From Sedimentisphaerales bacterium (GTDB lineage Bacteria; Planctomycetota; Phycisphaerae; Sedimentisphaerales; Anaerobacaceae), in assembly GCA_040772485.1 (NCBI GenBank), contig JAXGYC010000010.1, positions 64,001 to 128,000 on the forward strand: DNA of 64,000 bases, written 5' to 3'. Both the position numbers and the translations under genes were made by a program. The stretch's first letter is position 1; every line of letters starts with the position of its first letter. The notes beneath the pieces are model-generated. The model did not search any database. It had not been told where the DNA came from and saw only the letters and a list, made by a program, of their open reading frames with translations. Below are positions 9,980-17,680 of this stretch, in pieces.

Positions 9980-11485
9980 CTACGCGCCACTGCGGCAGAA
10001 GATGTCGATGGTCTTGGCGTCGACGGTGATGAGGGCCTCGCCGTTCTGGACGGCTAAGGGCTGGGCTGTCTTCCAGTGCTTGAGGCTCGCAACCGCGTCC
10101 GCGACGCGCTGCGGGATGACCGACGTGTTCAGCTTCAGATGGATCGGGCCCGCCATCGGCTTGTAGCCGTTGTTGATGACCACCAGGGCGATGTCGTCCG
10201 TGGCGATGCGGAGGAACGCGTAGACCAGATCGTCGGACCACAGCGTTACGGTCGTTCCGTACTTCAGTGCGGCGTTGCCTTTTCGCAGACGAATGAGGTC
10301 CCACGTCCACTCGTAGATCTGATGCTCCTTGTAGAGATGCGGCTTGGCGTGGTGGTCGTTGCCGATCGCATCCCACGGGAAATCCCGCCGCAGGTCGCGG
10401 TCGTCGGCGCCCTTCCAGCCTTCCAGCCCGATCTCCGTGCCGTAGTAGAGCTGCGGGATGCCGCGCATCGTGAACAGCGCGCCCAGGCAGAGCTTCGTGA
10501 CACGGACGGCCCAGTCGAGCCCGGCGCCGATCCCGGTGTGCTTGGTCCGGGCGTGGCTCATGATCCGCCGCTGGAGGTCGTGATTGTCGAGCAGCGTGAC
10601 GAGCCGGTTCGCGTTGCGGTATCCGCCCTTGAACGGGTTGTCGTTGTCGAGCACGCCGAGCGGCTCGCTGTCGTTCAATCGCGGCCGGGCCAGCCAGTAG
10701 CGAAGGCTCTCATCGTAGATCAGCGCCGACCGCAGGGCCGTGCACAGGGGGAAGTCGAAGATCGAGTCGAAATCGTGGTAGTTCTGGTACTCCAGGAGCC
10801 GGGCGACGTCGTCCTTGCCCTCGCACAGCACCTCGCCGATCAGGCACACATCCGGATGCTCGCCGCGAATCTGCGACTTGAAGTAGTGCCAGAATTTGGG
10901 CTCGACGTGCTTGACGGTATCCATGCGGATGTTGGTGACCTTGCCCTTCTCGATCCAGTCTTCGATGTTGTTGACGAAGTAGTCGAGCACTTCGGGGTTG
11001 TCGTGGTTGAAGTCCGGCAGGCCCGACAGCTCGCCTTTGATGTCGCCGGAACCGCCTTCGTTGAACCAGTCCGGCTTGAATTTGCCCTTCGCCCCGTAGC
11101 CCGCGTGGTTCACCACCATGTCGAGCACGACCTTCATCCCCTTCTTCTTGCACAGGGCGACGAACTTGCCGAACGTGTTCATGGTTGGCGACTTGGGCAG
11201 ATGCGTGCCGTCGAGCAGCCGCTTGTCCATCTTCTCGAAGTTCTGGGGCCAGTAGTAGTGGTACGGCTCCGACGAGTCGGTCTTGGCGATGTTCTCGTAG
11301 ACCGGCGTCACCCAGATCGCCGTCACGCCCAGCTCGGCCAGATAGTCCAGCTTCTCGACGATCCCGTCGAGCGTGCCCCCATGAATCGTCGTGTCCGACG
11401 GCTCGATGTTCTTCTTGTTCGCACCGAAAAATCGATCCGTCACAATGAAGTAAATCACATCATCCTGAGTAATCTGCGCGTCCAT
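9980..11485 (-). CDS. Alpha-amylase family glycoside hydrolase (GH13)
   Basis: 'VIYFIVTDRF', 'LDYLAELGVTAIWVTPV', 'LDMVVNH', 'RMDTVKHV', 'GEV', 'LDNHD', 'GIPQLYYGTE'. Start MDAQIT after GGGAGG. Confidence 0.93.
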   Translation of the reverse strand: MDAQITQDDVIYFIVTDRFFGANKKNIEPSDTTIHGGTLDGIVEKLDYLAELGVTAIWVTPVYENIAKTDSSEPYHYYWPQNFEKMDKRLLDGTHLPKSPTMNTFGKFVALCKKKGMKVVLDMVVNHAGYGAKGKFKPDWFNEGGSGDIKGELSGLPDFNHDNPEVLDYFVNNIEDWIEKGKVTNIRMDTVKHVEPKFWHYFKSQIRGEHPDVCLIGEVLCEGKDDVARLLEYQNYHDFDSIFDFPLCTALRSALIYDESLRYWLARPRLNDSEPLGVLDNDNPFKGGYRNANRLVTLLDNHDLQRRIMSHARTKHTGIGAGLDWAVRVTKLCLGALFTMRGIPQLYYGTEIGLEGWKGADDRDLRRDFPWDAIGNDHHAKPHLYKEHQIYEWTWDLIRLRKGNAALKYGTTVTLWSDDLVYAFLRIATDDIALVVINNGYKPMAGPIHLKLNTSVIPQRVADAVASLKHWKTAQPLAVQNGEALITVDAKTIDIFCRSGA

Positions 11486-11553
11486 AATGCCCTCCCTGGA
11501 CAGCCTAACCCATATGGTACGGATCAAAAAGAGCCCTCGGGCCTGAGCGACCT

Positions 11554-11666
11554 TGTCATCCTGAGCCTGCGAAGGATCTGGCCACGGCAGAAGAATCCGC
11601 TCTCGTTCGCAGCCGAGATCCCTTCGGCAGGCTCAGGGCAGGCTCTTCACTTCGTTCAGGATGACA
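11554..11666. repeat. Small palindromic element with 11-bp terminal inverted repeats (TGTCATCCTGA...TCAGGATGACA)
   Basis: Perfect TIRs, internal GAAGGATCT/AGATCCCTTC arms and a nested CCCTTCGGCAGGCTCAGGGCAGG motif. Confidence 0.8.
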
Positions 11667-11892
11667 GAACACGCTGCACGACCCAACCATAACCCGCGTC
11701 AATGAATACATGCATCGTCCGCAGCATACCGCGGCGCCATGCTGGACTCGTCACAGCTCCATATCTCTGACTATTCTGTACGACCAGACAACACCAAAGA
11801 TCGCTCCGACCCCAGAGACGCAAATGCATTTTCGCTTCGGTGTCGGACTCCAGGACGTCCGACAGCATGTGGTCCGGAAAGAGATCATAGTC

Positions 11893-11914
11893 GCAGGGTG
11901 GGCACCGCCCACCT
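11893..11914. repeat. Degenerate REP-like palindrome
   Basis: GCAGGGTGGGCACCGCCCACCT (GGTGGGC/GCCCACC stem). Confidence 0.55.
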
Positions 11915-11931
11915 TCAGACCCGTCTATGCC

Positions 11932-12141
11932 TCACGCGTTAACGATTCGGTCGGCGACGGCCCTGGCCTCTTCGATCTTGCCGGTTCGCAGGAGGGTCAG
12001 GGCCTCCATGGTGTCTCGTTCCAGCTTGAGACGGCCTTTGTCCTCGAAACGGGCCAGGGCCCTCTCAAAACGGTTCGCCGTCCTGACCAGAGAACACAGC
12101 AGGACGCAATTGAACGCTGCCAGGATCGTCGATAGTATCAT
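11932..12141 (-). CDS. Small hypothetical protein with N-terminal hydrophobic helix
   Basis: 69-aa ORF, TM-like start then helical 'ALTLLRTGKIEEARAVADRI'; co-oriented with the upstream ORF. Confidence 0.45.
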   Translation of the reverse strand: MILSTILAAFNCVLLCSLVRTANRFERALARFEDKGRLKLERDTMEALTLLRTGKIEEARAVADRIVNA

Positions 12142-12181
12142 ATGGAACCCTTAAGGCCACCCGTCATCATCTTCTTGCGCA

Positions 12182-12526
12182 TCATCTCACTACGGCCCAG
12201 AGCAACAGCGTGGTCAGGAGACTGATGCCGATGCATGCGTAGGCCGTCCAATAGGCCTTGCGGCGTGGCTCGCGGAGGCCTTTCGATCCGAACGTGAAGT
12301 ACTTCCTCTGTCGGTACAGGGGCCACTTGGCGACGAACAGCAGCACGATTCCGGCAAGCGCCGAGGCCAGGGCAATCCAGAAAAGCGTGAGGTCTCCCTG
12401 TCTGGCGCCGGCCAATATGGGGATCAAACCGCCCGAGATCACCAGAGCGGCCGGAATCGCCAACTCGAGCGCGATGAAGAACTCCCAATCTTTGGAAAGA
12501 AACCCGCTTGATCTCTCGCGTCTCAT
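12182..12526 (-). CDS. Hypothetical membrane protein (3 TM)
   Basis: Start MRRERSS; three hydrophobic segments with a basic loop 'KWPLYRQRKYFTFGSKGL'. Confidence 0.65.
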   Translation of the reverse strand: MRRERSSGFLSKDWEFFIALELAIPAALVISGGLIPILAGARQGDLTLFWIALASALAGIVLLFVAKWPLYRQRKYFTFGSKGLREPRRKAYWTAYACIGISLLTTLLLWAVVR

Positions 12527-12733
12527 GCTCTCACCCGCACCACATGGGAAGACCGCTGTCTTCGCCACATCCCAACACCTGATTCTCCTTCGTCTGCGGC
12601 GCATATGATAGCCCATCGCGCCGGTCAATGCAACAGAATTAGGGAGATACCCACGAACAATGCGTCCAGCGTGCGCCGGCGTCCTTCGGCAGTCAGACGC
12701 AATGGGAACCACCTCCAGCCGCGTGTTCCTGCT

Positions 12734-12835
12734 TGTCACCCCGAGTGGAACGAAGTGCAGCCGAGGGGTCTGGCCATAGACCATGCATCCCTCAGATTCG
12801 TGGCCAGATTCCTCCACTCCGCTGCGCTGCGGTCA
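12734..12835. repeat. Second, right-truncated palindromic element related to 11554-11666
   Basis: TGTCACCCCGAG...GGGGTCTGGCCA...TGGCCAGATTCCTCC...CGGTC; shares the TGTCA start and (G)(A/G)TCTGGCCA core. Confidence 0.6.
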
Positions 12836-14254
12836 GGCCCAGGGGACGCTTTGGAGGGCCTTGGTCTTCTCGGGCAGGTGGAAGATCCGGCGGGCGTTGC
12901 TGTGCATGATGAGGTCGGCCAGCTCCAGCGAATCGGCCACAGACACCCACCCTTCTTCGACCAGTTCGGTCAGGGCCAGCGCGATGCCCTGTCGGGCGAT
13001 GGCCGCGTGGCCGAGAACGGGTTCGACGGGGATGTAATCGCCTCCGAAGGTCAGGACCTTGTTGGCCGGAGCGGTCACGAGGAACTTCTTGAGGAAGTCT
13101 TTGGCCGAGACGGGGTTGATGATCCACGACCAGCACATGTCGACGTGGGCGTTGGCGTAGTGCTTGGCGACGCTGATCAGCTCTTCATAATACGGATAGC
13201 AGATGTGCATGAACACGAACGGCGTATCGGGCGCGGTGCGGCACAGGTCGCTGGCCGAGCCGGGATTGTGCAGCAGCCGGCCCTGCGGCATGTAGTTCTG
13301 CCCGGCGTAGTAGCCCGTGTGGAGCTTGACCGGCAGCTTGTGCTCCGTCGCCTTGCCGACCGCGTACCAGAACAGGTGGTCCTCCAACGCCTTCTTTTCC
13401 TGGGCAGAGAGCGGTTCGTTGGCCAGCCGTTTCTTGAATATAGCCTCGACCTTTTCGGCCGGCACCTGCTCGTAGTTGATGTCACGGTGGTAGGCGTCCT
13501 GCGACTTGACCGCGACGGCGTACTTGCCGTACTTGGCGAACCACCAGTCGATCACGCGGTGCCAGTCGGCCAGCGAGCCGACCTCGATGCCGGTCGGTTT
13601 GCCGAACGCGTCGAGGTTCGGGCCTGCGTACATACCGAGAATGCTCAGGTCCTGCATCAGCAGCGTGGGCATGTCCGACTCGCCGAACGGCGCGCCGAGA
13701 AAGTTCACCTGGCACGATTCGATCTTGCCCATCTCGCAGAGGATGCGCCGGTAGAAGCCCGCCCGCCGCGTCTGCTCGTAGCCGGCCTGCACCTTCTCGA
13801 CGGTCGCGGCCGACAGATCGTCCACGTCATAGAGCCGACGCATCGCGATCCGCACGGCCTGCCCATAGCCGGTGTTCTTCACGGCGGGCCAGTACGGCTC
13901 CAGCAATCGCCACTTCTCCACTGGATCGGTCTTCGGCGAGAAGAACCGATCGTACGTCTCGCCCGACATGCCCGCCACGACGAGGTCGGAATCCAGGTAG
14001 TGGCTCAGCAGCACGCTCCAGTCGTCCGCATCATCGCGGGACGCCGCCACCAGCCGGTCCTTCTCCTCCGGCAGGTGTTCGTGCGTGTCGATCAGAGGCG
14101 TGCCCGACACCTTCTCGGCAATCGCCGGATGGATGCGTCCGGGAAGAGCCGGGGCCTTCGCCTCCACCGTCTTCGATCCGAGGATGGTCGTGGCGCCCAG
14201 TGCGCCCATGCCGGCCAGCGTGTCCCGTCTGGAGATGCGACTGCCCTTCTTCAT
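12833..14254 (-). CDS. Tat-exported amidohydrolase-superfamily protein
   Basis: SRRDTL Tat motif; 'IDTHEH', 'VKLHTG', 'FVFMH', 'KVLTFGGDY', 'NARRIFHL'. Confidence 0.88.
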   Translation of the reverse strand: MKKGSRISRRDTLAGMGALGATTILGSKTVEAKAPALPGRIHPAIAEKVSGTPLIDTHEHLPEEKDRLVAASRDDADDWSVLLSHYLDSDLVVAGMSGETYDRFFSPKTDPVEKWRLLEPYWPAVKNTGYGQAVRIAMRRLYDVDDLSAATVEKVQAGYEQTRRAGFYRRILCEMGKIESCQVNFLGAPFGESDMPTLLMQDLSILGMYAGPNLDAFGKPTGIEVGSLADWHRVIDWWFAKYGKYAVAVKSQDAYHRDINYEQVPAEKVEAIFKKRLANEPLSAQEKKALEDHLFWYAVGKATEHKLPVKLHTGYYAGQNYMPQGRLLHNPGSASDLCRTAPDTPFVFMHICYPYYEELISVAKHYANAHVDMCWSWIINPVSAKDFLKKFLVTAPANKVLTFGGDYIPVEPVLGHAAIARQGIALALTELVEEGWVSVADSLELADLIMHSNARRIFHLPEKTKALQSVPWA

Positions 14255-14477
14255 GGCGAGGTTCCTTCAATCACCGAGGGTCTTGTTGGCGTTCCGCTTC
14301 GCGCGGCCGAGGCCGCGACGAGATACCAGAGAATCCGCCCTACTCTACCACTGTGCGACCGGAAACGCCAATATGGGATTGATGCACTTTGTCTCACCGA
14401 TCGCTATACTGTCGTTCGATGGGCCGGACGATCCGTCGCCGGCTGCGGAATTCAGAGACCATCTGAAAGGAGCCGCC

Positions 14478-15653
14478 ATGATCCGGCAAAGACGTGGAGA
14501 ATACCTCGCAGTCCTCGTTCTTATCGTTTGCGTGGCAGGCGCTCCTCTGCGCGGCGCGATGCCCCGGTTCGAATGCCACGAGATCGGCCGGATCGGGCAA
14601 CAGATGGGCCAGACCTCGCTGGTGGACATCGACAAGGACGGCGACCTCGACTGGGTCGTCGGCGAGCGGACGCGGACGTGGTGGTTCGAGTACGCCGGCC
14701 CGGACAAGTGGATTCGGCACGATCTGGGCCAAGGCAATCGCACCGACGTGGGCGGCACGGCGTTCGACATCGACCGCGACGGCTGGATCGACCAGTTCTG
14801 CGGGACGGGGTGGTATCGCAACACGGGCAAGCCGCGTACCGAGCCGTTCGAACGATACGACAGCGGAACGGTCTTCTGTCACGACGACGTCGCGGCAGAC
14901 ATCAACGGCGACGGCAAGCTCGACGCGGTCGCGTGCAGCGATCAGGGCGAGCATGGCGTCACGGTCTGGTATGAGATCCCGGCCGACCCCGGGGCCAAAT
15001 GGACCGAGCACAGGATCGGCAATGGCATCCACGGAGGCGTCGGTCCGGCGGGCGTCGGCGACGTCGATGGCGACGGTGACAACGATGTCGTCCGCGGCGA
15101 CGTGTGGTTCGAGAATACCGATGGCAAAGGACTGCAATGGACCGAGCGCGCCGGTCTGACTCCGCCCGGCGGCAATCGGCCCGAGCGATACGGTCTGGCG
15201 ATCAAGGTCTGGCTGGCGGACATGGACGCCGACGGCGATCTCGATATCGTCGAAGCCGAGGCGGACACGCCCGATGCACGCGTCTTCTGGTTCGAGAACA
15301 AGGGCAAGGCAAAGGACTGGGCGTGCCGCCTGATCTCAGCGGACCACACGAACCAGGACTTCCACTCGCTGGCGGTGGCCGACTTCGACAACGACGGCGA
15401 CCTGGACGTCTTCTCCGGCGGCGGCCCCCTGTCGAAAGACGTCCACAAATGCTCCATCTGGGAGAACGCCGATGGCAAGGCCGGCGTCTGGAAGGAGCAT
15501 CTGATCCTCGAAGGCAAACGCTGCCACGAGGCGAAGGCCGCCGACGTGGACGCCGACGGCGACATCGACATCTGCACCAAACCCTGGAACGGGGATCTGC
15601 ACGTCTACTTCCGCAACCGGCTCGTCGAGGATGGAGGCGCGTCCTCACAATAG
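14478..15653 (+). CDS. Secreted FG-GAP/VCBS repeat protein
   Basis: Seven DxDxDGxxD repeats (DIDKDGDLD, DINGDGKLD, DFDNDGDLD etc.); AAGGAG RBS; signal peptide. Confidence 0.9.
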   Translation: MIRQRRGEYLAVLVLIVCVAGAPLRGAMPRFECHEIGRIGQQMGQTSLVDIDKDGDLDWVVGERTRTWWFEYAGPDKWIRHDLGQGNRTDVGGTAFDIDRDGWIDQFCGTGWYRNTGKPRTEPFERYDSGTVFCHDDVAADINGDGKLDAVACSDQGEHGVTVWYEIPADPGAKWTEHRIGNGIHGGVGPAGVGDVDGDGDNDVVRGDVWFENTDGKGLQWTERAGLTPPGGNRPERYGLAIKVWLADMDADGDLDIVEAEADTPDARVFWFENKGKAKDWACRLISADHTNQDFHSLAVADFDNDGDLDVFSGGGPLSKDVHKCSIWENADGKAGVWKEHLILEGKRCHEAKAADVDADGDIDICTKPWNGDLHVYFRNRLVEDGGASSQ

Positions 15654-15689
15654 CGTCGCAGCAGAGCCCGCAGCACACGGGAGCAGCGG

Positions 15690-16220
15690 TCAGCGCGGCG
15701 TGCGTTCGGGGCGGTTTCGACGCGAGCGATGGAGGTGGGTTCCCTTCCAGAGCCATCGGACCAGCAGGTTGCCGATGATCGCGGCCGCAGTGCCCAGAAG
15801 GAGGCAGCCGGTCCACAGACAGAACGAGCCCATGATGATCTTGCCGGATCTGGCCTGCGCGTATGCAGCGATGTACTCGTCAGCATAGGGAATGGCGTAC
15901 AGGACGAAATGGCCGATGCGCCAGGCGGTCATGTAGATGGGAACGGCCGTCAGAGGGTTGGTCACCCAGCAGGCCAGCAGAGCGATGGGCAGGTTCACCC
16001 GGAAGTAAAGCGTGCCCACGCAGGCCAGCAGCATCTGAAACGGGATCGTGGGGGTGAACGCGATGAACAGCCCAACGGAAATGCCTCCCGCCAGCGAGCG
16101 GGCGTCGAAATGCCAGAGGTCCCTGGCCAGGATGTTCTTCCCGAAGACGCGATAGAGGAAGGACCGCCGCAGTCTGTCCCGGTCCGGGAGATGACGAAGA
16201 ATCAATTCGCGAAGACCCAT
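15690..16220 (-). CDS. DUF2062 family membrane protein
   Basis: 'LWHFDARSLAGGISVGLFIAFTP', 'RVNLPIALLACWVTNPLT'. Confidence 0.88.
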   Translation of the reverse strand: MGLRELILRHLPDRDRLRRSFLYRVFGKNILARDLWHFDARSLAGGISVGLFIAFTPTIPFQMLLACVGTLYFRVNLPIALLACWVTNPLTAVPIYMTAWRIGHFVLYAIPYADEYIAAYAQARSGKIIMGSFCLWTGCLLLGTAAAIIGNLLVRWLWKGTHLHRSRRNRPERTPR

Positions 16221-16360
16221 GCACTCCTGTCTACACACACGGTGGATTCCATCTCTCTACGGAAAGCGTACGATCACAGCCGCCAGAGGTCAAGGGGCAA
16301 TGCCCGCCTTCCCGGCAATCGCGTCCGCGCAGATCGCACAGCAGGCGAGGAGAACCGTGT

Positions 16361-16474
16361 GTGGCAGCCTCAAACGCGCAGCGTTTGGGGATGACGGATG
16401 TGCATGGCACATGCGCACGGAAAGGCCTCTGCGATGCGATCCATCCCCAAGTCCTGCGGACTTGAGGCTGCCAC
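16361..16474. repeat. Inverted doublet of 33-nt hairpin units (REPIN-like)
   Basis: GTGGCAG-CCTCAA-ACGC-GCA-GCGT-TTGGGG-ATG (16361-16393, +) and GTGGCAG-CCTCAA-GTCC-GCA-GGAC-TTGGGG-ATG (16474-16442, -). Confidence 0.8.
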
Positions 16475-16563
16475 CCCTGGCTGTTTGCGCCCTCCAGGGA
16501 GTGCTGCCCGAGAATCTTGACAGACACACGACGCCTCTGCGGGCAGTTTGCGGTAGCCAGGGG
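16474..16563. repeat. Palindromic element CCCCTGGCT...AGCCAGGGG
   Basis: 9-bp perfect outer inverted repeat plus inner CTGCCCG/CGGGCAG. Confidence 0.6.
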
Positions 16564-16594
16564 CGTCTTTTGCGGATAGGATCGGTCCGGCGAT

Positions 16595-16618
16595 GGGCGA
16601 ATGATAATTCGCCCCTAC
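16595..16618. repeat. GTAG-type REP-like palindrome
   Basis: GGGCGAATGATAATTCGCCCCTAC, close match to the copy at 37484-37511. Confidence 0.7.
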
Positions 16619-16664
16619 GCCCGGTGGACCATTCTTCTGGAGCTCGATTCGCGGGGAAACGCGC

Positions 16665-16874
16665 ATGGCGAAGATCATCAAGGTGCAATGCACAGGCAAA
16701 GGGCAGCACGTCAACGAGATCGATCTGGAGGACGTGATCGGCAGCGACGTCGTGCTGTACGGCAGCCCGATTCTCACCGGACGGGACATTCCCGCCCGCA
16801 TCGTCCGCCGGTGCGACGAATGCGATGAGGGCAAGGTCGTCATCACGCGAGAGATGATCGAGGCCACCATGTGA
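16665..16874 (+). CDS. Small hypothetical protein, possible zinc ribbon
   Basis: 69 aa; C-x5-H ... CxxC; coding-like codon usage. Confidence 0.7.
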   Translation: MAKIIKVQCTGKGQHVNEIDLEDVIGSDVVLYGSPILTGRDIPARIVRRCDECDEGKVVITREMIEATM

Positions 16875-16962
16875 ACATCTGACCCCGCAGGAACCCGACG
16901 CACCGAAGGTCAGACCGACCCCATCGCTGCCGAACAGATCGAACCTGCCTCGGGAAACGTCC

Positions 16963-17649
16963 ATGAGAGACTATGCACTGCCCAGCCATGAAGAATGCCT
17001 GTCGCTGATTCGGGATTGCCACGTTCCGGTTCACATCGCTCGGCACGCCGCAACGGTCGCCCGGCTGGCCGTGTTTCTGGCGCGGAAGCTCGCCGAGCGC
17101 GGAATCGAGATCGACGTCGAGCTGGTGGAACGGGCCTGCCTGCTGCACGATCTGTTCCGCGTCTGCGATTTTCCGCTGGAGGATTTCACGTGGTTCGAGC
17201 AGCCGGTGACCGAAGACGACAAGAGCCGGTGGCGCCGGCTCAAGGCCCGGCACGGTCACGTCCGGCATGAGGACGCGGCCGACGCGTTCCTCAGGGACAA
17301 GTACCCCGTGCTGGCCACCACGATCCGCCGGCACCGGTATGTCGCGGTCCTGGACGAGGCGGACTGCCCCCGGTCCTGGGAGGAGAAGCTCGTCTATTAC
17401 GCCGACAAGCGGGCGATGCACGACAGGATCGTTCCATTGAAGGAGCGGCTCGAAGAGGCGCACCAGAGAAGCGCCCTCGTCCTGGCCAGGGAAGGCAAGG
17501 CCCGTTGCCCGCAAACGGAAGAAGCGGTGGACGCTCGAATCTTCGAACTCGAAGCGGAGATCTTCAACGCCATCGGCCTGTCACCGGACAACGTAACAGA
17601 AGAACTCATCGCCCGCTGTTCCGGGGACGCCAGACAACGATCCGCCTGA
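16963..17649 (+). CDS. HD-domain (HDIG-like) phosphohydrolase
   Basis: 'HIARHAATVA', 'ACLLHDL', 'RH', 'SWEEKLVYYADKR'. Confidence 0.88.
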   Translation: MRDYALPSHEECLSLIRDCHVPVHIARHAATVARLAVFLARKLAERGIEIDVELVERACLLHDLFRVCDFPLEDFTWFEQPVTEDDKSRWRRLKARHGHVRHEDAADAFLRDKYPVLATTIRRHRYVAVLDEADCPRSWEEKLVYYADKRAMHDRIVPLKERLEEAHQRSALVLAREGKARCPQTEEAVDARIFELEAEIFNAIGLSPDNVTEELIARCSGDARQRSA

Positions 17650-17680
17650 ATCCGTCCCCTGCCGGCCCGCTGAACCTGGA

